A DNA stretch of 58,636 nt, from assembly GCA_046582655.1 (NCBI GenBank), contig JAYGDX010000148.1:1-58636 (forward strand), in the 5' to 3' direction. This document shows, piece after piece, positions 42,299 through 52,391 of the stretch. This DNA comes from Candidatus Poribacteria bacterium. Lineage in GTDB: Bacteria > Poribacteria > WGA-4E > UBA9662. Under the pieces are notes generated by a model. That model saw nothing but the letters and a program-made list of their open reading frames with translations, did not search any database and was not told where the DNA came from. The position numbers were made by a program, and so were the translations under genes. How positions within the stretch are numbered: the first letter of the stretch is position 1; each line of letters starts with the position of its first letter.

Positions 42299-43249
42299 AT
42301 GAAATTCGCAAAAATCGTAAGGATTTTTGCCTGTCTCGCGGTCTCTGCAATTCTATCGACCTCTTCACCTGCACAAGTGAAGATTAAATCCTACCAATTT
42401 GATCAAACTAACATCACAGTTGGTGACCCCATACAACTCAAATTGGTCATAGAGACAGATCCATCGTTTGAAATCCGCCTTGACGCTCTTGATCTGAGAG
42501 ATCAACCACACATTGAAGCCAATCTCCCAATCGTAAAACGCCTTGAACCCGATTCCCAATCGAGGAAAGCAATTTATGAAGTTGTTTATGAGATTCGTGC
42601 TTTTTTGACGGGGGAACATAAGTTACCTCCACTCACTATTAGAATAGAAGACCAAGAGGGGAAAGAAATTCAGTTAGAGACACCTGCTTATTCTTTTGAA
42701 GTAAAAAAAACTAAACCGGATGATGCCACGGAAATCCGGCCGATCAACCCACCATTAACACCTGATTTAAACTTATTGCCTATAATTCTGGCGATACTGC
42801 TTTTGTTGCTGATTGGTGTAATGGGTATCTTCTTATATCGGCGCAGGCAAGATCAGGTTATCGATGAACCGACAGAAACACGACCAAAACAGCCTGCGCA
42901 CGAAATTGCCTATCAACGTTTAAACGAAATTGAACAAAAGAAGCTTATTGAAGCAGGAAAGATTAAACCATATCACACCGAAGTCTCGGATACAATTCGA
43001 TGTTATATAACGGATAGATTTGGAATTACCGCTTTAGAATTAACAACTAGAGACCTTCTGCAGAGACTCAGCATCCAAAAAGAAATAAGCATAGATCAAT
43101 TTCAGAGGGTCGAACATTTCTTTGCAAGTTGTGATTTAGTGAAATTTGCCAGGAACCAACCGAGTAAAGCAGAATCACATATTCGAATGACAGAAGTCCG
43201 TGAATTTATTGGATATACCAAACAGATGTTAACAGATTTGACTGATTAG
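42299..43249 (+). CDS. BatD/DUF4381-like single-pass membrane protein
   Basis: Signal peptide, ITVGDPI, TM helix then YRRR, PAHEIAYQRL, ALELTT, DLVKFA. Confidence 0.75.
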   Translation: MKFAKIVRIFACLAVSAILSTSSPAQVKIKSYQFDQTNITVGDPIQLKLVIETDPSFEIRLDALDLRDQPHIEANLPIVKRLEPDSQSRKAIYEVVYEIRAFLTGEHKLPPLTIRIEDQEGKEIQLETPAYSFEVKKTKPDDATEIRPINPPLTPDLNLLPIILAILLLLLIGVMGIFLYRRRQDQVIDEPTETRPKQPAHEIAYQRLNEIEQKKLIEAGKIKPYHTEVSDTIRCYITDRFGITALELTTRDLLQRLSIQKEISIDQFQRVEHFFASCDLVKFARNQPSKAESHIRMTEVREFIGYTKQMLTDLTD

Positions 43250-43255
43250 TTTTAG

Positions 43256-43864
43256 TTATTGATAGTATGGGTTTGTACCAGCAGCATGGTCTGTGGTATC
43301 AATGACATTGACAATTTCGGGGAACTCCTCCTGAATCATTGATTGAACCCCTTGTTTTAAAGTCGCAGTTGCCTGTCCGCAACCTTGACAACCTCCACCC
43401 ATATGTACATAAATCGAGTCTTCGGTTACATCTAAAAGCTGGATATTTCCACCATGAGATGCGACAGACGGATTGATTCTAGTATCAATAAGTTCTTGAA
43501 TTTTCTGTGCTCTTGAGTCATCCCAAGTTGGCTGATTCGGATTATCAACACGAAAACCGCTAGCATTCAAATCTTCAACATAATCAATGGTACTGCCTTT
43601 CAAGCTGTCCATACTCTGGGAATCAACCAGAACTTTAAGATCTCCTAGATCAATGACGACATCCTCTGGATGCGATTCGACTTCAAGCCCAAGGCTGTAT
43701 TCAAATGTGGCGGCGGTTCGGCCAGTAACACTAATGCGGAGACCTTCAACCTCAAGATCTTCACTGTCAATAACGGATTTGACCCTTTCTTTAGCAATTT
43801 GAGTCAGTTGAATGAGTTGCTCATTATTACTATCAGATGTTTCAACATTATGAGTTTGTTTCAT
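43256..43864 (-). CDS. nfuA: Fe-S cluster carrier NfuA
   Basis: Degenerate A-type N-domain (LKGSTIDY..GFRVDNPN) plus Nfu domain INPSVASHGG, GGGCQGC, DTTDHAAGTNPYY. Confidence 0.9.
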   Translation of the reverse strand: MKQTHNVETSDSNNEQLIQLTQIAKERVKSVIDSEDLEVEGLRISVTGRTAATFEYSLGLEVESHPEDVVIDLGDLKVLVDSQSMDSLKGSTIDYVEDLNASGFRVDNPNQPTWDDSRAQKIQELIDTRINPSVASHGGNIQLLDVTEDSIYVHMGGGCQGCGQATATLKQGVQSMIQEEFPEIVNVIDTTDHAAGTNPYYQ

Positions 43865-44002
43865 TTTTTTTAGATCCTTAGCCTAGCATAATAGAAGTCC
43901 ATATTTTTATATGACGCGCCGCTTTTAAGAATTATACCATCATAATTATATCATTCATAATCAATGTCCATTTGCGCGAAATCCTAACTCGGTTCTCAAT
44001 TA

Positions 44003-44857
44003 TCAAACCCGACCACAAAAATCACCGTCTTTATCATAAAACTTCTGTAAATGGCTAATTGCTTCGATTTCAAGTTGTCGAATTCGTTCCCTCGTTACCT
44101 GGAATTTCTCACCGATTTCACGCAATGTCATTTCCTCTCCATTTTCAAGACCATACCGCATTTTCAGTACCTCTCGTTCCCGACTTTTTAGTTTCCCAAG
44201 TAGCTGGGTTACCAAATCGTGATTTTCCATATCTGCAATAATGCCATTTTCAAGATTGGAACCTATATCCTCAATCACCTCAGCTACAGTTTTCGTACGA
44301 TCCCCATCTCTGAACGCCATTTCAAGCGAGATGACATCGACACGATGCGACCAAATAGTAAGAATCTCTTCACTGTCGAGATTAAGTTCGTTTGAAAGTT
44401 CATCTGCAGTGGGGGTGCGGCCGAGACTTACTCCCAAAGCTATATAAGTCGATTCCAACTTATGAATCTTTGCAACAATATGAGACGGCAGACGAATTGA
44501 ACGAGAATAATTATCTAAGCTACGCATAACCCTTTGCCGTATCCACCATATGGCATAGGTACTGAACCTAAAGTTTTTTCTATAGTTGAATTTCTGTGCC
44601 GCCTTCATCAAACCAAGGTTTCCTTCTTGGATTAGGTCTTCTAACGGCACATTGTATCCTTTATATTTGATGGCAATAGAAACGACCAGTCTAAGGTTTG
44701 AGCGAATCAGTTGATTTAACGCTGATTCGTCTCCTTTCTCAATACGTTTGGCAAGTTCTATCTCTTCCTCATGAGTGAGTAACTCATGCTGAACCATATG
44801 ACTTAGCCAGTAGCCAAGTGCAGACGAACCATCCGATTCGTGAGATGAAGGCAGCAC
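44003..44857 (-). CDS. RpoD/RpoS-family sigma-70 factor lacking region 1.1
   Basis: LLTHEEE.ELA, NLRLVVSIA, DLIQEGNLGL, FSTYAIWWIRQ, TLREIG...VTRERIRQLE. Confidence 0.93.
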   Translation of the reverse strand: MLPSSHESDGSSALGYWLSHMVQHELLTHEEEIELAKRIEKGDESALNQLIRSNLRLVVSIAIKYKGYNVPLEDLIQEGNLGLMKAAQKFNYRKNFRFSTYAIWWIRQRVMRSLDNYSRSIRLPSHIVAKIHKLESTYIALGVSLGRTPTADELSNELNLDSEEILTIWSHRVDVISLEMAFRDGDRTKTVAEVIEDIGSNLENGIIADMENHDLVTQLLGKLKSREREVLKMRYGLENGEEMTLREIGEKFQVTRERIRQLEIEAISHLQKFYDKDGDFCGRV

Positions 44858-44946
44858 ATAATCCTCTTTAATCTTGTCATTCTGAAATATCTAAAACAGT
44901 GGGCATCATTTAACCTCATAATACCCAATAAATTGATGAGAATTTT

Positions 44947-44976
44947 ATAGTAGCACTAATATTTATGTTTTGTCAA
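44947..44976 (-). promoter_or_regulatory. Putative promoter of the sigma factor gene
   Basis: Minus strand TTGACA-N18-TACTAT with TG extension. Confidence 0.5.
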
Positions 44977-45003
44977 GTAAATAACTTAAAAAAGCCATTT
45001 GTA

Positions 45004-45890
45004 ACCTTTGGTGCTAGTTATTTGTGGTCATAAGGTAGAGTGACTTAATACAAGTGAATCATCAAAAACTTGATTGACGAAAGGAAGAATACCTGATGAC
45101 CATAATTAGGTTTTATCATCAAATTGTTTTGTAGTGTAGACAGTAAACTTAGAGAACCTGGACTAAACCACAAACACAGCCAAGCCAAGCTCTATCCTTA
45201 CTGAAGTCATAACTTTGGCTTTACTTTATGCCCTCAAAGGATGTGGGCAACGAGCCTCTTGGCCATGGTTGAGAAGGGATTACCGTGCCCTATTTCCTTC
45301 TCTTCCGCATCCAACCAGACTCTTTCGCCTTTTCAACTCTCATGGTCACCACCTAGAGGACTTCTTAGCCGATCCTTCATTAATCAGTGTCATCGACAGT
45401 TATGGCATTGAATTGCTTCATCCCATACCACAAGGAGGAAGCCAAAAGCAAATCGGCAGGAAGGGGCAATCAAACAAACGTTGGATTGTGGAGAGGGTAA
45501 ATTGTGCTTTTTGCTCAATCAGCTGGGTTTAGTTGTGAGTTGGGATTGTGATAGGGCTAATGTTTATGAGGGTTTGGCTTTTCAACATCTTGTTGGAGGA
45601 TGTCGCTTCAACAACGGTTGTCTTTTCGGATACAGGCTTGGAGAAGAAAGACTGGCATCCCACAAACTTACGCATTTGCAAAGGTGGAGAATGGAATGTC
45701 AGGATGCTGACTTACATCTGTGATTTCAAGCATTCCCGTCATCAGGTTTGGCAATATTTTAAAACCAAACTTGGCTTTACCATCGCTCTATTCAGCATCT
45801 TAGTTTAATGGAATGGCCTGCAACCTGAGGAGAAGGGATTTGTTCAACTCTCCATTGCTGAATTCAGCCTTTAAAACTAGCACCAAAGGT
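45004..45890 (+). mobile_element. IS982-family-like insertion sequence
   Basis: Perfect 16 bp terminal inverted repeats ACCTTTGGTGCTAGTT / AACTAGCACCAAAGGT; 6 bp target duplication TTTGTA (44998-45003, 45891-45896). Confidence 0.88.
45097..45873 (+). pseudogene. Frameshifted DDE transposase (IS982-like)
   Basis: Fragments KLFCSVD..KHSQAKLYP/EVITLALL..LFPSLP..RLFR..VIDSYGIE..GKLCFLLN.LG..VFSDTG in changing frames. Confidence 0.82.
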
Positions 45891-45951
45891 TTTGTAACTT
45901 GTAAGATGACGAATTTCCTGATATAATTTAGATGATTATGGTGTGTAAGAG

Positions 45952-46599
45952 GTGAAAGTTTTGGATCCAGTGTTGTTAAAAGAAACACGTGGAGAGATTG
46001 TAAATCTACTTAAAACTCGCCAAGGTTTGTCCGCGAGTGAGCTCGCTGAGGAGTTGGAGTTGCATTCAATGACAATTCGTCAGCATCTTGCAATTCTGGA
46101 AAGCAATGATTATATTCTGCGTACCAAAGAAAAATCCAATCGCGGTAGGCCAAAATTTTTTTACCACCTAACTCAAAAAGCAAAGGAGAAAATTTCTCCC
46201 CGCAGCTATCCGCAATTTGCTGTTGGATTACTTGATACCTTAGCTTCAACCGATGGTTCAGAAAAAGTCAATCATCTTCTACGTACACATATAGAAAATA
46301 AGATCCAGGCAGAAATTGGAAATTTTGAAAATAAGACCTTAAGCCAGAAGGTTAATATGCTCACCTCCCTCTTGGATGAAGAAGGCTACATGGTCGAGTT
46401 GGAGGAAACATCGGATGCCTACCTCCTTAAGATGCATCATTGTATACTCGAAGATGTTGCTCAAAAGTACCGTCAACTTTGTGATAGCGAACTTGAGATG
46501 TTTTTGCGGTTGCTAGGTGTTGTTGTCGAACGAGTATGTCACACTGTTGCTGAAGACGACTACTGCAGCTATCGCGTATCCAAGCTACACGTTATTTAA
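45952..46599 (+). CDS. SufR-like winged-HTH transcriptional regulator (paralog 2)
   Basis: IRQHL.ILE, KSNRGRPK, EEGYMV, C-X12-C-X27-C. Confidence 0.85.
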   Translation: MKVLDPVLLKETRGEIVNLLKTRQGLSASELAEELELHSMTIRQHLAILESNDYILRTKEKSNRGRPKFFYHLTQKAKEKISPRSYPQFAVGLLDTLASTDGSEKVNHLLRTHIENKIQAEIGNFENKTLSQKVNMLTSLLDEEGYMVELEETSDAYLLKMHHCILEDVAQKYRQLCDSELEMFLRLLGVVVERVCHTVAEDDYCSYRVSKLHVI

Positions 46600-46619
46600 A
46601 ATCAGCAAAGCAATTTACT

Positions 46620-46651
46620 AACAGCCACTTTAAAAAAAGCGGCTGTTTTTT
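46620..46651 (+). terminator. Probable intrinsic terminator
   Basis: AACAGCCACTTT..AAAGCGGCTGTT hairpin (1 mismatch) followed by a T-run. Confidence 0.65.
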
Positions 46652-46861
46652 CCCCCTCCACTTATAGTTTCTCATCTCACAATTTTAGCGAGCCAATTGT
46701 TATACCTGAAGTTTGCCTGCTGCCAAAAACGCTGACTCTATTTCTAAACCTCGTTGTACTTGTGCCGTCTAAATTCTTCGATTTACCATAGTTGATGATT
46801 TAAAGATAGCCGTAAACAATAAACCTGAATTAAGGCACTTCACAATTAAGGACGTCTCACA

Positions 46862-48478
46862 TTGGCAAATAATTCACAAAATCTATACACTCAAAAGAAG
46901 AAGATGAATTTGGTCCCACCAAGTATATCACTTGAAGGACTGACTTTCGATTCAGCGGCCTTGGAGAAGATCTCTGCTGGTTTGGCTTATCGCAATAAGG
47001 TCTTTCCTGTTCGGTTAGAAGAAAATATTTTAACTGTCGCTATGGCAGATCCTCATGATGTTATCCTGATTGACGAAATCCGACTGGTGTCCAATTGTGA
47101 GATCGAACCGGCATTCTCAGATGAGGATGACATTGAGTCCGCGATTATTGAGGCCTATGGGAAGACCGCTGGAGCAATTTTAAGTGAGGGTATCAGAGGA
47201 CCCGCTGGTACTGTATCCACAATTCAACGTGAAACCATTGGTGATTTTGGAATTAGCGAACAAGATCTGTTACAGGACCCAACGGTTGTTCACGCCGTAG
47301 ATCAAATGATCATTGATGCTGTTCGCGTTGGTGCAAGCGATATTCACATTGAACCGTTTCCAGGCAAAGTCAAGGTGAGATATCGCGTGGATGGTGTGCT
47401 TGAAGAACAGGCGCCACCCCCATCACAACTGCAGTGGGCAATTACGAGTGTCGTCAAAATTATGGCAGACATGAACGTCGCTGAACGTCGCCGTCCACAA
47501 GACGGCAAGATTGCCAAGGAAATTCGTAGTCTCGGTAACCGACAGATTGATCTACGTGTCTCGACCGTACCAACAATTCATGGTGAAAGTGTCGTCTTGC
47601 GAATTCTTGATAAGCAATCAATTTCCTACGGTTTGAAGGAACTTGGAATGATGGACGATAACCTTGATCAATTCCATGCAATGATTAGAAAACCACATGG
47701 AATTATCTTGGCAACTGGTCCAACTGGTTCCGGGAAGACAACAACGCTTTACGCTTGTCTCAAGGATATCAACACACCTGAAGTAAAAATTATTACCGTT
47801 GAAGACCCTGTCGAATATGAATTGGAAGGTATCAACCAAATGCAGGTAAATCCGGCAATCGACGTGACTTTTGCCTCGGGGCTGCGACACATTTTACGAC
47901 AAGATCCGGATAAAGTACTGATTGGAGAAATTCGTGATTACGAAACAGCTGAAATGGCGATCCACGCTTCGCTAACCGGACACTTGGTGTTTAGTTCTCT
48001 GCACACCAACGATGCTCCATCAGCCGTTACGCGGCTAATCGATATGAAAGTTGAGCCTTATCTGATTGCCTCGACAGTTGAAGGAGTAGTCGCACAACGG
48101 CTGGCACGTCGTGTCTGTTCATATTGCAACGAAATGTATCATCCGAGTGTTGAAACTGTACAAGAAATGGCCGGTGACTCAAACACAGATATCTCACCTG
48201 ATCTAGTGATACCACGTGCAGTTGGTTGCAAGGAATGTAGCGGCAGAGGCTATAAAGGACGGATTGGACTTTTTGAGGTATTCATGATGAACGAGGAGAT
48301 TCGTGATCTTGCTTTAGAGCATGCATCATCCAGCCAACTCAGACGCGCGGCATTCCGATCTGGGATGCGTAGCCTGCGCGAGGATGGGTGGCAGAAGATT
48401 CTATCGGGATATACTACCGTTGAGGAGGTTTTGCGATTGACTCAAGACGACGAACTGATTACGGAAGGAACCGTTTGA
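46862..48478 (+). CDS. gspE: Type II secretion/pilus assembly ATPase GspE/PulE
   Basis: ASDIHIEP, RRPQDG, GPTGSGKTTTLY, TVEDPVE, LRQDPD, TGHLVFSSLHTN, tetra-Cys motif. Confidence 0.93.
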   Translation: MANNSQNLYTQKKKMNLVPPSISLEGLTFDSAALEKISAGLAYRNKVFPVRLEENILTVAMADPHDVILIDEIRLVSNCEIEPAFSDEDDIESAIIEAYGKTAGAILSEGIRGPAGTVSTIQRETIGDFGISEQDLLQDPTVVHAVDQMIIDAVRVGASDIHIEPFPGKVKVRYRVDGVLEEQAPPPSQLQWAITSVVKIMADMNVAERRRPQDGKIAKEIRSLGNRQIDLRVSTVPTIHGESVVLRILDKQSISYGLKELGMMDDNLDQFHAMIRKPHGIILATGPTGSGKTTTLYACLKDINTPEVKIITVEDPVEYELEGINQMQVNPAIDVTFASGLRHILRQDPDKVLIGEIRDYETAEMAIHASLTGHLVFSSLHTNDAPSAVTRLIDMKVEPYLIASTVEGVVAQRLARRVCSYCNEMYHPSVETVQEMAGDSNTDISPDLVIPRAVGCKECSGRGYKGRIGLFEVFMMNEEIRDLALEHASSSQLRRAAFRSGMRSLREDGWQKILSGYTTVEEVLRLTQDDELITEGTV

Positions 48479-48528
48479 AAAGTAATGGCCTCTCTCGTTA
48501 TTTAATCCGAACAAGCGAGAAAATTTGA

Positions 48529-49746
48529 ATGCCCAGATTTCGATACCAAGCACTGACAAATATTGGATCAACGGTTAGCAGCATAGAAGATGCCAACTCA
48601 AAAGCTGAACTTGTGTCCAGTTTAAAGATCCGAGGCTATTGGCCAACAAGTATTGTTGAAGATATCGAGAGCGATGAGAAGAAAAGCAAACTCCAATTTT
48701 TGATTCGCCGTCGTGTTAAGCCCAAGGATGTCGAGTTTTTTACCTATCAGATAGGGACTTTGATTAATTCGCATATTCCCCTTGCCCGTGCCTTGGATAT
48801 TACGCTTGAACAAGTAACAAACATCACACTGCGCCAAGTGATCAATCAGGTCAAATATGACGTTGAGCATGGATCAACCTTTGCCAACGCTTTGGCACAA
48901 CATCCGAAAGTGTTTTCGGATCTCTACATTAACATGGTGAAAGCAGGTGAAGCAGGTGGGGTTCTTGGTGTGGTGCTTGCTCGGTTGGCAGAATTTGCCG
49001 AAGGGCAAAGAATCCTCAAAAACGAAGTAGTGTCTGCTCTTTTCTATCCTGCGGTTCTTTTTGCTATGAGCGGCTTGGCGATTGGTGTATTAATGGTTGC
49101 TGTTGTTCCTAAGTTTACCGTTATGTTTGAGGACATGGGAACACAGTTGCCACCTCTGACAAGAGGATTAATCAGCTTTGCCGACTTTGTCAGTAGTTTT
49201 TGGTGGATGATTTTGACTATGATTGTTGTTCTTTCTGTCGCTTTTAAACGGTTTATTCAATTGGAGAAAGGAAGATTGATCTTTGATAGAATCAAGATCC
49301 GGCTACCGCTGATTGGTCAGGTATTCAACTCGTTTGCTATCATTCGTTTTACACAGACGATGGCCACACTTATGGAGAATGGAATTACCCTGTTGCCCGC
49401 GCTTCGAGTTGTGAAGGATACAATCGGGAATCAGGTATACAGTAATGCTGTTTCTAGCGCGGAACAGGAGATTGAGCGTGGATCAACGCTGGCAAGAGAA
49501 CTAGGGCGTAGCAAGGTGTTCCCGCCGGTCGTAACGCATATGATATTGGTAGGCGAAGAATCGGGGTCACCTCAGCAGATGATGACAAAACTATCGGAAT
49601 ACTATGATTTGGAAACCAAGAAAAATTTGGAGAGATTAACAAGTTTAGTTGGGCCACTTGTGATCTTGCTGATGGGTGTAATCATTGGATTGATTGCTTT
49701 TGCCATTATCGATCCAATTCTGAAAATGAGTGCGAGCATTGGCTAG
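48529..49746 (+). CDS. gspF: Type II secretion inner membrane platform protein GspF/PilC
   Basis: FSDLYINMVKAGEAGG, ALFYP, LPPLT, FPP...MILVGEESG. Confidence 0.92.
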   Translation: MPRFRYQALTNIGSTVSSIEDANSKAELVSSLKIRGYWPTSIVEDIESDEKKSKLQFLIRRRVKPKDVEFFTYQIGTLINSHIPLARALDITLEQVTNITLRQVINQVKYDVEHGSTFANALAQHPKVFSDLYINMVKAGEAGGVLGVVLARLAEFAEGQRILKNEVVSALFYPAVLFAMSGLAIGVLMVAVVPKFTVMFEDMGTQLPPLTRGLISFADFVSSFWWMILTMIVVLSVAFKRFIQLEKGRLIFDRIKIRLPLIGQVFNSFAIIRFTQTMATLMENGITLLPALRVVKDTIGNQVYSNAVSSAEQEIERGSTLARELGRSKVFPPVVTHMILVGEESGSPQQMMTKLSEYYDLETKKNLERLTSLVGPLVILLMGVIIGLIAFAIIDPILKMSASIG

Positions 49747-49819
49747 CACGGTCTAACAATGAGTTTGCGTGCTAAATATCTAAAGGCTGAAATGAATATA
49801 GATCTCAAAGGGAAATAAA

Positions 49820-50329
49820 ATGATAAAGAAATTAGTCTGCCGATTTTTGCCCACCAATAAATTGGTGGGTCGCAGTATTAATCTTTGGGCTATGGTAGCT
49901 CACCGATTCCGCAGTGAATCTGGGATGACACTGATCGAGGTAATGATTGTAATCGTAATTTTAGGCCTTCTGGCAACTGGCATTGCGGTTAATGTCCTGC
50001 CAAAACGAGAGCAAGCGAAGGTTGCCAAAGTAGTACAGGATATCGCCGCATTGGAAAATTCGTTCCAGATGTATTCTCTTGACGTAGGCGATTACCCATC
50101 GACAGAAGACGGAATACAATCACTGTGGAAGGCGCCACAACCTATCCCCGAAAATTGGCGAGGCCCCTACGTCCAAAAACCAAATTTTACCGATCCGTGG
50201 CAAAATGAATATGTTTACGTTTACCCCGGCAATCATGAAGGTTACGATTATGATCTCTATTCTCTTGGGAAAGATGGTCAGGAAGGAACTGAAGACGACA
50301 TCACCAGTTGGATTGAGGAAACCCAATAA
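49820..50329 (+). CDS. gspG: Major pseudopilin GspG
   Basis: G|MTLIEVMIVIVILGLLA, YSLDVGDYPST, NWRGPY, DPWQNEY.Y..PG, DLYSLGKDG..GT.DDI. Confidence 0.93.
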   Translation: MIKKLVCRFLPTNKLVGRSINLWAMVAHRFRSESGMTLIEVMIVIVILGLLATGIAVNVLPKREQAKVAKVVQDIAALENSFQMYSLDVGDYPSTEDGIQSLWKAPQPIPENWRGPYVQKPNFTDPWQNEYVYVYPGNHEGYDYDLYSLGKDGQEGTEDDITSWIEETQ

Positions 50330-50936
50330 ACCCGTAGAGACGTTTTTTCTCGATTCGCATGGTTTTACGCTGGTTGAGGTTCTAATTGTTTTGACGATAA
50401 TAGTCCTGCTTTCAACAGTAGCTGCACCGTCATTCAAGGGCTTTTCAGCTTCTTCGCGACTAAAATCTGACGTCCATGCCATTCGCGATCTGCTTGGTTT
50501 TGCACGGGATACTGCCACCACTGAACACGTGCCATATTTTGTCATGTTTGACCTTGACCAGAACCGGTACTGGCTTGCTGACAGTGAGACGTTTGACGTT
50601 GATGGTGAGATCGGAATATTGCCGACAAGTGAGGCAGTTGTTGCCGATACTATAGAAGGGCAAGCTAATATCGTTTCTCGAACGAGTATGATACTAATGC
50701 GTCCACGGGAGATAACCCAGGGAATAACTATAGCTGAGATTAATGTTCGCCACGGTTCCCAATCTATTCAGAAAGACACGGGCATAGATTACATTTATTT
50801 TTCCCCAAATGGGTCAGCGGAAGATGCCATTTTGGTGTTCGAGAACTCAACGGAGAAGCTCATGCGTATCAGCGTTGATGGCGCTACTGCGCGTGTCAAA
50901 GTTGATGAAATACAAGATGATGAATATGAAGAATAA
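50313..50936 (+). CDS. gspH: Minor pseudopilin GspH/FimT-like
   Basis: G|FTLVEVLIVLTII..AAP, ARDTA, IYFSPNGS; start uncertain. Confidence 0.78.
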   Translation: MRKPNKPVETFFLDSHGFTLVEVLIVLTIIVLLSTVAAPSFKGFSASSRLKSDVHAIRDLLGFARDTATTEHVPYFVMFDLDQNRYWLADSETFDVDGEIGILPTSEAVVADTIEGQANIVSRTSMILMRPREITQGITIAEINVRHGSQSIQKDTGIDYIYFSPNGSAEDAILVFENSTEKLMRISVDGATARVKVDEIQDDEYEE

Positions 50937-51378
50937 TCAGGAAAACATATCCGTTGAAAGTGGTTTCACTCTAATCGAGATTTTGGTTACTTTGACAATT
51001 TTAACGCTCACAATGCCGGCCTTAGTTCGGTCTTTCGGCCAAGCGCAAAGAGAACAAGCCCTAGCCGAAAATAAAACGACGGCACTTTACCTTTTAAAGT
51101 ACCAGATGGCCTTGATTGAGTCAGAGGGCTTCCCGGAAATTGGCAGCGATAGTGGTGAATTTGGTGAAGGCTCACGCTATACTTGGGCTTCTGAGATTGC
51201 GGATGTTGAATCAGAAGAGGTCGAAGGACTTCGAAGTATCAGTCTTACAGTCATCTGGCAGGAACAAGGAAAAGAGAAATCGATCTCGGTAGCTACACTG
51301 GTATCTGACCGCCAATTGCCACAACAAAATCAGGACGGACAACAGCAAAATCAAGGAGGATCTCCCAGTACAAGATAA
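50917..51378 (+). CDS. gspI: Minor pseudopilin GspI-like
   Basis: G|FTLIEILVTL, SGEF...YTW, LR.I.LTVIW. Confidence 0.78.
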   Translation: MMNMKNNQENISVESGFTLIEILVTLTILTLTMPALVRSFGQAQREQALAENKTTALYLLKYQMALIESEGFPEIGSDSGEFGEGSRYTWASEIADVESEEVEGLRSISLTVIWQEQGKEKSISVATLVSDRQLPQQNQDGQQQNQGGSPSTR

Positions 51379-51395
51379 TTGCTGGAACAATAGTC

Positions 51396-52340
51396 ATGGT
51401 CATCAAAAGAGAGCGTACATTTTCATCTTGGCAAGGGTTAATCTCCGCTTTTGCAGGTAATCTGCTTGTTGTTCGCCGTGCCGCTGAATCCGGTTTTACA
51501 CTAGTGGAACTGCTGGTTTCCGTAACCATTATGATGATTATGGGTGGAGCCGCCTACTCTACCTTCAACAGTGCGATTAAGATTTACCATAAGTCAGGAA
51601 CCCGAATGATATTGACCCAGAAGTGTCGTGTTGCATTGAATTACATTACTGCCGATTTGTCTAACTTACAGGCGATCGAAGGGGATGAGAACCTGCTGAT
51701 TATCTCCCAAGATAATCCCGGTGATGAAGAAGTAGGTGATCAGGATCTAGTAAGTTTCGTCACACTTCTACCTTCTGATCCGGATCCCGTTCTCTTGCAA
51801 CTCAATGCATCAACCGAACAGGATGAAGAAGAACAAGAAAGCTTAATGACTGATGTGAAACGGGTTGCGTATTATATTGGGCCGGATCCAACAGAACTTG
51901 AAGAAGATTCTGAAGAGCGAGGAGCAAGGTTAACGGACAATAGCGAAGAAGACCAAATGCCCGTCCTTCTTCGCATTACAACGACAAACCTTGATCCTGA
52001 AACGGTAATATTACCGTTGCTTGAAGCAGGGACATTGCCAGTGGAAGATGAGGAAGGTAACCCTATTCAGGTTGACATTGTACCGTTGGTTGATCAAATT
52101 TCATCGTTCGACTTGAAATATTACGATGGGGAAGAACTATATGACTCGTGGGAGGATGAGGAACAAATTCCAAAAGCAATACAGGTAACGATCTCAATGT
52201 CCGTGGATAGGACAGAGAATCGCAGTCAAGATGTTCGAACTAACCAAGACGTTCAGAATAATACGGTGACACAGTCAACGATGGTATATTTGTTGATGAG
52301 CGCTAATTTTAGTGATCCAACAGCTATGGCTTCACCCTAG
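51396..52340 (+). CDS. gspJ: Minor pseudopilin GspJ-like (acidic)
   Basis: G|FTLVELLVSV, ITADL, SFDLKYYDG...DSW...IPKAIQVTI. Confidence 0.8.
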   Translation: MVIKRERTFSSWQGLISAFAGNLLVVRRAAESGFTLVELLVSVTIMMIMGGAAYSTFNSAIKIYHKSGTRMILTQKCRVALNYITADLSNLQAIEGDENLLIISQDNPGDEEVGDQDLVSFVTLLPSDPDPVLLQLNASTEQDEEEQESLMTDVKRVAYYIGPDPTELEEDSEERGARLTDNSEEDQMPVLLRITTTNLDPETVILPLLEAGTLPVEDEEGNPIQVDIVPLVDQISSFDLKYYDGEELYDSWEDEEQIPKAIQVTISMSVDRTENRSQDVRTNQDVQNNTVTQSTMVYLLMSANFSDPTAMASP

Positions 52341-52391
52341 AGATAAAGGTTATATTGACGAAATAACGGCTCATTTTAGAGAAGAGATGTC

